A stretch of DNA of 39,249 bases. Origin: a virus. The first letter of the stretch is position 1; each line of letters begins with the position of its first letter. The translations under genes and the position numbers were made by a program. The notes beneath the pieces were generated by a model, which saw only the letters and a program-made list of their open reading frames with translations, was not told the origin of the DNA and did not search any database. Positions 32,294 through 39,249 of this stretch are shown here, in pieces. The stretch lies in the IMG/VR virus record IMGVR_UViG_3300045988_033237, one strand, 5' to 3'.

Positions 32294-32311
32294 CTGCGCT
32301 GATCAGCGCAG
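32294..32311. promoter_or_regulatory. 18-bp perfect palindrome ctgcgctgatcagcgcag upstream of the methyltransferase gene
   Basis: Self-complementary over its full length; preceded by tgatatata (extended -10-like). Confidence 0.6.
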
Positions 32312-32355
32312 ATTGATTATGCCGAAAGGCGGTACATAGAAAGGAAAATGAACAG

Positions 32356-33357
32356 ATGACAGCAACAGAAGAAAGACCAGTGCAGATTTTGGAACTATTC
32401 GGAGGAATAGGAAGCCCGCGATGTGCATTGCGAAATCTGAAGATACCAACAAAAGCGATCGACTACGTTGAAATTGATGAAAAAGCAGTCCGATCTTATA
32501 ACAATATGTTCAGTGAAGAACTGCTATACAAAACACAGTCTGTTGTGGGATGGAATCTGAAGCCGGACATTTTAATACATGGAAGTCCGTGTCAAGATTT
32601 TAGCATAGCCGGACATCAAAGAGGGGCAGACGAAGGAAGTGAAACAAGATCGAGTTTGATGTGGGAAACGATTCACATCATTGACCAGATGGGAGAATGG
32701 AAACCGAAATATGTAATCTGGGAAAATGTGAAAAATGTGACATCGAAACATATGATCGCGAATTTTGTGCGTTATCAAAAAGAGATGGAACGTATGGGCT
32801 ATACAAATAATTACGATGTTTTAGATGCAAGAGAATTCGGACTGCCACAAGCACGCGAAAGAGTGTTCACGATCAGTTGCCTGAATGGTGAAAAATTTGA
32901 TTTCACAAGCCTGATCAGGACGCCTATGCGTAAAATCAGCGAATTTTTGGAAGATAACGAAAACGTTCCGGAAGTATATAACGTCACACAGCCATCTGTA
33001 TATAACGTGATCGGCGCGTCGGGAATAAAAAGAGCGACAGTGATCAAAGACTTTGCTTATACGATTACAACGCGACAGGACAGAACACCAGCGCAGGTGA
33101 TTGACTGTGGATCAGGAAGATACCGATACTTGACAGAACGGGAATGCTGGCGACTGATGGGATATACAGACGAAGAATTTGAAGCAGCGAAAGCTGTGCA
33201 TGAGAGAAAAGGAAGATATTACATGACACTGTATAAACAGGCGGGGAATAGCATAGCGGTTCCGATATTTGAAAGCATCTTCCGAAAGATAATTCTGGGA
33301 GAGGAGAAAACAAAGAAGGATGACAGTGAACGTCAGAAAGGCGATGCAGGACGTTAG
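32356..33357 (+). CDS. DNA (cytosine-5)-methyltransferase, orphan
   Basis: Motifs I ELFGGIGS, IV GSPCQDFS, VI ENVKNV, VIII QARERVF, X GNSIAVP; no adjacent restriction endonuclease. Confidence 0.92.
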   Translation: MTATEERPVQILELFGGIGSPRCALRNLKIPTKAIDYVEIDEKAVRSYNNMFSEELLYKTQSVVGWNLKPDILIHGSPCQDFSIAGHQRGADEGSETRSSLMWETIHIIDQMGEWKPKYVIWENVKNVTSKHMIANFVRYQKEMERMGYTNNYDVLDAREFGLPQARERVFTISCLNGEKFDFTSLIRTPMRKISEFLEDNENVPEVYNVTQPSVYNVIGASGIKRATVIKDFAYTITTRQDRTPAQVIDCGSGRYRYLTERECWRLMGYTDEEFEAAKAVHERKGRYYMTLYKQAGNSIAVPIFESIFRKIILGEEKTKKDDSERQKGDAGR

Positions 33358-33376
33358 AAAAGCAGGGTAATATAAA

Positions 33377-33410
33377 AGCCTTCTGGTATGCTTGGCGGCA
33401 CCAGAAGGCT
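33377..33410. promoter_or_regulatory. 11-bp perfect-stem hairpin (candidate terminator or double-strand origin)
   Basis: agccttctggt (33377-87) pairs with accagaaggct (33400-10), 12-nt loop atgcttggcggc; no U-tract. Confidence 0.55.
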
Positions 33411-33569
33411 TCACAGTGGCTTCAGGACGATGCCCGAAAACCATAGTACACATCGAAGATATTGTACACCGGACAGCCTGAAAAGTCAATGAATCCGCGC
33501 TTTTTTGGACTTCCTAAAACGACCTTGTAATGGATACTAACAATTCAACTAACAAAGGAAGTAAAGGGA

Positions 33570-34478
33570 ATGGGAAAGAAAAGAAGGAAGGCTGTATATG
33601 TCCCTTATGACTATGAAACAGCGTATAAGAATAGCCTGGATAAGATGGAGGAAGCAAACGAAGAAAGGATCCTAAAGGAAGGCAAGGTGAAAAGCATCTA
33701 TGCAACGAAGGAGATCCGATCAGGTGATCAGCTGGAAGTGGAAATCTATCCAGAGTTTACAAAGGGGCAGAAAGACCAGATCCCGGATGAAGGGAAAAGA
33801 AAAAGACAAAGACAGGCACAGAAGAATCTGAACGATAAAAACAGTAAAAAGATGTGCGAAAGGGTGATCGGTGAGAACTTCACGGATAGGGATATATGGG
33901 CGACATTCACATACACGGATGAAAATATGCCTGCTTCGATGGAAGTGGCAACGAAGAACATGCAGAACTATATCAGGCGACTGAATTACCAGCGGAAGAA
34001 GCAGGGATTGAGTAATGCAAGATATGTGTATGTCACAGAATGCAGTGAAAAAGGACGCTGGCATCATCACATCGTTATGGATGGCGATGTGGATATGGAC
34101 ACGGTTGAAGCGGTCTGGAATCTTGGAAAAAGAAATGAGATCAGAAGGCTTCAGAGGGATGAAAACGGACTGGTCGGAATGGCAAGGTACATCACGAAAG
34201 AGAAAAGCAAAAAAGGAAAGTATCAAAAGACATGGTGTGCATCAAAGGGACTGCGGAAACCGAAAGAAAAAGTCAATCATTACAAAACAAAACAGAAGGA
34301 TGTGGACAGGATCGTAAAAGGAGATCTGAATGTCTGCGATCATTTGATGAAATGGTATGGCGATAAATATGATTTTGCTGAAGCAGAAGTGAAATACAAC
34401 ACGTTCAACGGCAGATTCTACATATACGGGCGGATGCGGTTGAAGAAAGGAACGGCACATGACAAGGGCAAGAAGTAG
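33570..34478 (+). CDS. HUH-superfamily rolling-circle replication initiator (Rep)
   Basis: Motif I WATFTYT, motif II RWHHHIVM (HUH), motif III MARYITKEK (YxxK); basic flanks. Confidence 0.65.
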   Translation: MGKKRRKAVYVPYDYETAYKNSLDKMEEANEERILKEGKVKSIYATKEIRSGDQLEVEIYPEFTKGQKDQIPDEGKRKRQRQAQKNLNDKNSKKMCERVIGENFTDRDIWATFTYTDENMPASMEVATKNMQNYIRRLNYQRKKQGLSNARYVYVTECSEKGRWHHHIVMDGDVDMDTVEAVWNLGKRNEIRRLQRDENGLVGMARYITKEKSKKGKYQKTWCASKGLRKPKEKVNHYKTKQKDVDRIVKGDLNVCDHLMKWYGDKYDFAEAEVKYNTFNGRFYIYGRMRLKKGTAHDKGKK

Positions 34479-35319
34479 GAGAACAGCACGAAGAAAGATC
34501 AAAAGACAGATAAGGAAGACTTTGAATATCATATGCGCTGTATGGGATTTCATTGCAAGACATCCGGCAATGCTTGCGATGCCGCTGATCATTTTTCTGT
34601 TGATGTTGACAATACAAATGCACGAATTTGAAAAGCAGGTGCAGGCGTGGGATCAGGAGATCCGGCAGCAGCAGGAGCAGATTGAAGAATTGTATGATCG
34701 GCAGGATCCAGTGGAGCAGACAGACATGACGGATGTATATGGATGCAAAAGTCTGTATGGTACATATGATTTTCCGTGGAATACAATGTCGCAGGACTGG
34801 GGGAGCGATCAAGTGACAGGATTTTATTATCATGAAATATCTGAAGAATGCAAGGCAGCAGGAGGAGAATTACCGACGATCATTCAGGTATACACATACA
34901 TTGTATGTGAACAGAATGGCGTCGATTATGAAATGGTTTTTGCATTGATCGAACAGGAATCCAGATGCAGATGGGACGCTGAAGGCGACAATGGAACGTC
35001 AATCGGTTTGATGCAGGTATCGGAAAAATGGCACATGCAAAGGATGGAAGAATTGGGAGCGTATGACCTGAAGAATCCATATCAGAATGTGTTGGTTGGC
35101 GTGAATTATCTGTCAGAAATACAGAACGATCTTCGTGGAACAGTATCAGATGAAGATCTTCCGTACTATACACTGGCAGTTTATAACTACGGGAAGCGGG
35201 GCGCAAAAGCGAATCTGTGGGATCAGGGCGTTGTGAAGTATACATACAACACGAAGATTATGGATCGAGCGCAACAGCTGAAGGAAGAGAAAAAGAAAGC
35301 AGAGGAGGGACGCAGATGA
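34459..35319 (+). CDS. Membrane-anchored lytic transglycosylase (SLT domain)
   Basis: N-terminal TM MLAMPLIIFLLML, coiled coil, then EQESRCRW...SIGLMQVSE...VYNYG. Confidence 0.8.
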   Translation: MTRARSRRTARRKIKRQIRKTLNIICAVWDFIARHPAMLAMPLIIFLLMLTIQMHEFEKQVQAWDQEIRQQQEQIEELYDRQDPVEQTDMTDVYGCKSLYGTYDFPWNTMSQDWGSDQVTGFYYHEISEECKAAGGELPTIIQVYTYIVCEQNGVDYEMVFALIEQESRCRWDAEGDNGTSIGLMQVSEKWHMQRMEELGAYDLKNPYQNVLVGVNYLSEIQNDLRGTVSDEDLPYYTLAVYNYGKRGAKANLWDQGVVKYTYNTKIMDRAQQLKEEKKKAEEGRR

Positions 35320-35435
35320 TCAGGAGCATCGCAAAGAAGATCCAGCACATGATCCGTATGATCAGGATCCAGCAATGCCATCACTGCTGCCTGTTCTGCA
35401 AATATTGGAACATATGCAAGGAGGAAGAAGAGTGA
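35316..35435 (+). CDS. Tiny Cys-rich ORF (39 aa)
   Basis: ATGA coupling and agaggaggga RBS; QQCHHCCLFCKYWNIC. Confidence 0.3.
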   Translation: MIRSIAKKIQHMIRMIRIQQCHHCCLFCKYWNICKEEEE

Positions 35436-35899
35436 ATCGAAGATACGCAAGAAGAAACGAGGATACAGAGCAAATGAGCGTCATGGACTGGGCGCGATGG
35501 AACCAGAACGCACATCCGGAACTGGAACTGCTGCATCATTGCCCGAATGGGGGGAGCCGCAACAAAGCAGAAGCGGTGAAACTGAAACAGATGGGCGTGA
35601 AAGCTGGGATTCCGGATCTATGTCTTCCGGTTCCGATGGGAATGTACAACGGTTTGTACATTGAAATGAAATACGATACCGGAAGACTGGAAGACAGCCA
35701 GAAGAAAATGCTGAAGGCACTGGCGGCAGCAGGACATTACTGCACAGTTTGCTATGGGGCAGAAGAAGCGATCCGGGTGCTGCAAGAATATATCAACCTG
35801 AAGAAAATTGATGCTGGAAAAAGAGAAGATACAATGTCAGAACAGAACCTGATGATTAGAAAGAACGGGAAAGTGAAATGTATTATTTTCAAAGAGTAG
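35432..35899 (+). CDS. VRR-NUC domain nuclease
   Basis: GTG 35432 after caaggaggaagaaga; GVKAGIPDLCLP...LYIEMKYDTGRLEDSQKKML PD-(D/E)xK pattern. Confidence 0.8.
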   Translation: MNRRYARRNEDTEQMSVMDWARWNQNAHPELELLHHCPNGGSRNKAEAVKLKQMGVKAGIPDLCLPVPMGMYNGLYIEMKYDTGRLEDSQKKMLKALAAAGHYCTVCYGAEEAIRVLQEYINLKKIDAGKREDTMSEQNLMIRKNGKVKCIIFKE

Positions 35900-36090
35900 A
35901 AGAAAGATCCAAACAGGCAAGGAAAGCACTGAAGAACTGCGAACTGGCGCAAAGGCAGAAAAAATTCGGATTCAAGGAAGCAGTGATCAGCAGCCGCGGA
36001 GAATGTACCGGATGCAGAAATCCAGATGACGGGGCGCTGGATCGAAAGTGCAAGCGTTGCCAGTATAACGAATACTATGAAGCGAAGTGA
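35878..36090 (+). CDS. Hypothetical Cys-rich protein
   Basis: CTGC ... CKRC. Confidence 0.4.
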   Translation: MYYFQRVEERSKQARKALKNCELAQRQKKFGFKEAVISSRGECTGCRNPDDGALDRKCKRCQYNEYYEAK

Positions 36091-36319
36091 CTATGCTTTT
36101 TCTTGCGGCGGCTGCATATGCAATCACTGCGCGAACAGCGTGGAAACGATAGACAACTGCACGGGAGAAGCAAAAGAACCTTGCTTCATATGCGATGAGT
36201 GCAGATGGTATGACGGAGATACGAAGAATCCGGATAAATGGAAACAGGAATGTGATGAATATATCATCACAGAGGAGCAGGCAAAAAGAAACAGAAAAAA
36301 ATTCAAAATTGTGAAATAG
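36077..36319 (+). CDS. Hypothetical Cys-rich protein
   Basis: ATG 36077; CGGCICNHC ... CFICDEC. Confidence 0.45.
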   Translation: MKRSDYAFSCGGCICNHCANSVETIDNCTGEAKEPCFICDECRWYDGDTKNPDKWKQECDEYIITEEQAKRNRKKFKIVK

Positions 36320-36331
36320 GAGGTACACATC

Positions 36332-37111
36332 ATGAAAACAATCGCAATTATGAACCAGAAAGGCGGGATCGGCAAAACAATGACGGCGGCTTCGATCGCT
36401 TACCTGCTGGGAGAAGAACAGGGAAAGAAGGTGTTGCTGGTCGATGCGGATCAGCAGGGCAATGTATCAATGCTGTACGATAGATACAAACCGGAAGGGA
36501 TCGGGATGTCCGAATTACTGGAAAGACACAGAAGCGTCGGAGGATCTTACAAGACAACAGACCTGATCCAGACAACACCGTATCACAATATTGACATCAT
36601 CACAGCGAATGGGTATTTAATGCGGACTAACATGAATCTGCTGCTGAACGAAAAAGAAGATCAGATCCTTCGTTTTGCGGCTGCAATGCTGGAAGTGCAG
36701 GATGTATATGATTATTGCGTGGTTGATTGCGGGTTGCTGCTGGATATGACCGTGACGAATGTTCTGGTGGCGACAGATCTTGTGATCCTTCCGGTTAAAA
36801 TCGGCGGATTTGAAATTGAAGCAATCGCAAACATGGATGAACAGCTGGAAGATCTGCGAAGCCTGAATAACAGGATTCGCATGAAGATTTTAATGACTAT
36901 GCGGCAGAAGAACCAGACAAGCCTTCAGGTGGAAGCGTGGCTGAAAGAATCATCTGGACAGGATTGCTTCGTGACGGCTGTTAGAAGATCCATCATTGCG
37001 GAAAAGGCAACCATGCAGCGCGTGCCACTTCCGAAGTTTTCTAAAAATTGCATTGTTACGCAGGACTATCGAAACGTTGTGACGGAACTGCTGAAAGATA
37101 TGGAGGGATAG
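36332..37111 (+). CDS. parA: ParA/Soj-type partition ATPase
   Basis: MKTIAIMNQKGGIGKTMTA deviant Walker A; VLLVDADQQGN; strong RBS aggaggt. Confidence 0.92.
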   Translation: MKTIAIMNQKGGIGKTMTAASIAYLLGEEQGKKVLLVDADQQGNVSMLYDRYKPEGIGMSELLERHRSVGGSYKTTDLIQTTPYHNIDIITANGYLMRTNMNLLLNEKEDQILRFAAAMLEVQDVYDYCVVDCGLLLDMTVTNVLVATDLVILPVKIGGFEIEAIANMDEQLEDLRSLNNRIRMKILMTMRQKNQTSLQVEAWLKESSGQDCFVTAVRRSIIAEKATMQRVPLPKFSKNCIVTQDYRNVVTELLKDMEG

Positions 37112-37113
37112 AC

Positions 37114-37494
37114 ATGGAAATTGATGGACAGGTAACGATCAGCCTGAAGACATTTAACCAGCTTCAGGACAGGGCAAAGCAGGCAGACGAACTGAAAAAG
37201 AAAATGCAGGATCTGCAAGAGGAGATCACAGACATTATTGATCAGATTGACGAATCGGAAGCGGAACCGATCTTTCGTGAAATTGATGATAGTAATATGA
37301 CGGATAAACAGATACAGAAAAGGTTCGATGAAGCGATTGCGAAGTTTAGGATCATTCTGGATCCGGAGAAGACAAAGCGTTTGATTCAGAAGTACATAGA
37401 AAAAGGCAGAAGTGATTCACACGCGGATGTGAAGAACGCAAGCCGGAAAGTGCTGGAACAGATAACGATCACGATGAAAGAAGAGGAGGAATAA
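37114..37494 (+). CDS. Hypothetical coiled-coil protein between parA and parB
   Basis: ATG 37114 after ggagggatagac. Confidence 0.55.
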   Translation: MEIDGQVTISLKTFNQLQDRAKQADELKKKMQDLQEEITDIIDQIDESEAEPIFREIDDSNMTDKQIQKRFDEAIAKFRIILDPEKTKRLIQKYIEKGRSDSHADVKNASRKVLEQITITMKEEEE

Positions 37495-37496
37495 AC

Positions 37497-38864
37497 ATGG
37501 CAGCAGGATGGAGCGTAATGGATGCCTTAAATAAAAACAGCAAAGCAGCAGCAGAAGAGAAACCGAAAGCAAGATTCCGGACACGGGACATTAGCATCCG
37601 GAAGATTTACAGCAATGACAGAAATTTTTATTCGATGCCGGGAATTGAACAGCTGGCACAGGAGATCTTGGCGGTTGGTCTGATGGAAAATATGACAGTG
37701 GCATATGCACCGTGTGAACGCGGAGAATATAAGATCATCGCCGGGGAAAGAAGATGGCGCGCATTGAATTTGTTACTGGAAAAGGGATATGAAGATTTTG
37801 AAACGGTGACATGCCAGATCAAAAGCGCAGCTGAAGAGAATGAAGAAATGGTACAGCTGATCATTGCGAATGCGTATCGTGACAAGACGATCGTGGACAT
37901 GTTGGAAGAGGAAAAACGCCTGAAGGAATCGCTTCAGTACATGAAAGATAATGGATTGACGCTTCAGGGGTACAAACTGGACAGCGGACGTCTGCGTGAT
38001 GTGATCGCTTCAATCATGAACACGACAGGAACGAAGATTGCACAGATTGAAAGTATTAACAAGCATTTGATTCCGGAATTTTCGGCAGAACTGAAAGAAG
38101 GTCGCCTGACCTTCTCAGCAGCATATGAAATTAGCGGAATGGCAGAGGATAAGCAGATGGAACTGCTGGAAAAGTACAAAGAAGGCGGGCTGTCATTAAA
38201 AGAAGTGAAACAGGCAAAGAAAGAGATCGAAGAAGCAACAGAGAAAGCAGAAATTCCGGGACAGATGAATTTGCCGGAAGATCCGGAGGAATGGGAGCAG
38301 GAGGAAGCAGAAGAGGAGCAGGAAGAAGAATGGCAGCAGGCACATCCGGAAAGCATCACATCACTTTGCTATTCATGCCAGCGATATTCAGAATGCAACG
38401 TGAAAACAGGGACATGTCAGGACTGTGATCGTTATGTTGATAAGGCGGAAGCTGAAAAGACGCCGGAACAGCGATATGACGAGGAACAGGCGGCAATCGA
38501 CAGGAAAACGGCGAAAAAGCTGACTGAAATGGAGCAGGAAGAAAAGATGCAGAACCTGCCTTCGGATGAAAAGAAAGCGCGGATGATGCGAGTGTCAGCG
38601 GAATTATTAAAAGACATCAAAGAAGGAAAGATCCGCCACATGATTGTGAAAGAGGATCAGGCAGGATACAAAGAAAAGGACATTTTGACACTGCTTGCAT
38701 TCCGTGATGGAAGATCAACAGGTGAACAGATGCGTGTATGCATCACATGCGCCGACGATGCACAGACATCCAGTGCGATCATTGAAGGATATGCTGTCAT
38801 CGGGATTATGGATGTCTACGATGCGGAAGCATTGGGGCTGATTGACTTGGAGGATGAAGACTGA
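37497..38864 (+). CDS. parB: ParB-like protein with extended C-terminus (Cys cluster + ASCH/DUF3850-like end)
   Basis: ParB N-domain YKIIAGERRWRALNLL; CYSCQRYSECN...CQDCDRY; C-terminal GKIRHMIVKEDQAGYKEKDILTLLAF...TGEQMRVCIT. Confidence 0.85.
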   Translation: MAAGWSVMDALNKNSKAAAEEKPKARFRTRDISIRKIYSNDRNFYSMPGIEQLAQEILAVGLMENMTVAYAPCERGEYKIIAGERRWRALNLLLEKGYEDFETVTCQIKSAAEENEEMVQLIIANAYRDKTIVDMLEEEKRLKESLQYMKDNGLTLQGYKLDSGRLRDVIASIMNTTGTKIAQIESINKHLIPEFSAELKEGRLTFSAAYEISGMAEDKQMELLEKYKEGGLSLKEVKQAKKEIEEATEKAEIPGQMNLPEDPEEWEQEEAEEEQEEEWQQAHPESITSLCYSCQRYSECNVKTGTCQDCDRYVDKAEAEKTPEQRYDEEQAAIDRKTAKKLTEMEQEEKMQNLPSDEKKARMMRVSAELLKDIKEGKIRHMIVKEDQAGYKEKDILTLLAFRDGRSTGEQMRVCITCADDAQTSSAIIEGYAVIGIMDVYDAEALGLIDLEDED

Positions 38865-39136
38865 TGGCAGATAAAAACAAATTTGTAAAACCGGAATTAA
38901 AGAAATACAGCGCGAAGAAGCTGTTGACACAGGATAGATTGATGAATGCCATGATCGGTATCAGAGAAATTCAGACAAAGCTATGGGAAACGATGCCGGA
39001 TGATCAGTACGAAAAGCTGGAACCGGAATTCGACACAGCGATCGCTGCAATGATGGCGCATATGTGCGGGGTGATGCCTGCACACGCGCAGCCGGATCAG
39101 GAAAACAGTCAAGATATCCTGATGCCTGCAACATAG
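38864..39136 (+). CDS. Hypothetical protein
   Basis: TGATG coupling to parB; stop lies inside the terminal overlap. Confidence 0.5.
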   Translation: MADKNKFVKPELKKYSAKKLLTQDRLMNAMIGIREIQTKLWETMPDDQYEKLEPEFDTAIAAMMAHMCGVMPAHAQPDQENSQDILMPAT

Positions 39137-39249
39137 GAAAGGAGAACGACATGGAAAAGAAATTCAATGAAGAAGTGTACAGAAACGGATCAGAAGTTGT
39201 TTGCGACGCCTGCGGATCTGTAATTAAACACATAAATGTGAAAGCAAGG
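39131..39249. repeat. Terminal direct overlap, copy 2 (identical to 1..119)
   Basis: Same 119 bases as the window start; contains the stop of CDS 38864..39136 and the RBS plus first 33 codons of CDS 21..398. Confidence 0.95.

Noticed and set aside
1-39249. tRNA, tmRNA or rRNA genes
   Set aside because: I saw no cloverleaf-compatible segment in the intergenic regions I read (2805..3036, 22464..22880, 28828..29181, 30766..30945, 32062..32355, 33358..33569). A tRNAscan-SE run would be needed to exclude them formally.

Overview
The window is one complete, circularly closed replicon. Bases 1..119 recur exactly at 39131..39249, so the unique unit is 39,130 bp. It reads as a temperate siphovirus-type phage: HK97-like head, TP901-type tape measure. 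The host looks Gram-positive/Firmicutes-like, judging by AGGAGG-type RBSs, a CHAP + Cpl-7 + SH3b endolysin and a 4_1-type holin. All genes but one are on the + strand.

Gene order:
- Early genes: zinc-ribbon ORF, MazF/PemK-like toxin, SSB, sigma-r4/ArpU-like regulator.
- Packaging: HNH, P27-type TerS, TerL.
- Head: portal, ClpP-type protease, HK97 capsid, followed by the connectors.
- Tail: major tail protein, G/GT chaperone pair with a -1 slippery heptamer, 1228-aa tape measure, Dit, Tal, fibre-module proteins.
- Diversity-generating retroelement (DGR).
- Lysis: holin, multidomain endolysin.
- Accessory/lysogeny block: the only reverse-strand gene, XRE regulators, a candidate acr-aca-like operon, an IS30-family transposase.
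- Plasmid-like maintenance/replication block: C5 DNA methyltransferase, HUH rolling-circle Rep, SLT transglycosylase, VRR-NUC nuclease, ParA, ParB.

No tyrosine or serine integrase is visible, so a phage-plasmid lifestyle is the best reading.

The headline finding is the DGR. VR (22281..22428) is the last ~50 codons of tail-module gene 20754..22463. TR (22538..22685) is a 148-bp non-coding copy. The two differ at 20 positions, and every one is an adenine in TR. A reverse transcriptase gene follows at 22881..24275. The element is atypical in two ways: no Avd-like accessory ORF is present, and the RT carries IGGYLDA where DGR RTs normally have IGxxxSQ.

Other observations:
- A G8 tract lies at the junction of the MazF-like ORF and a +1-frame ORF.
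- TGGGG repeats with 11-bp phasing sit upstream of the packaging genes.
- An operator-bracketed consensus promoter is followed by an attenuator-like leader.
- A 294-bp ORF-free region dense in hairpins and direct repeats lies upstream of the methyltransferase.
- Several in-frame tandem coding repeats occur.

All functional calls come from reading the translated ORFs by eye. No database search was run.
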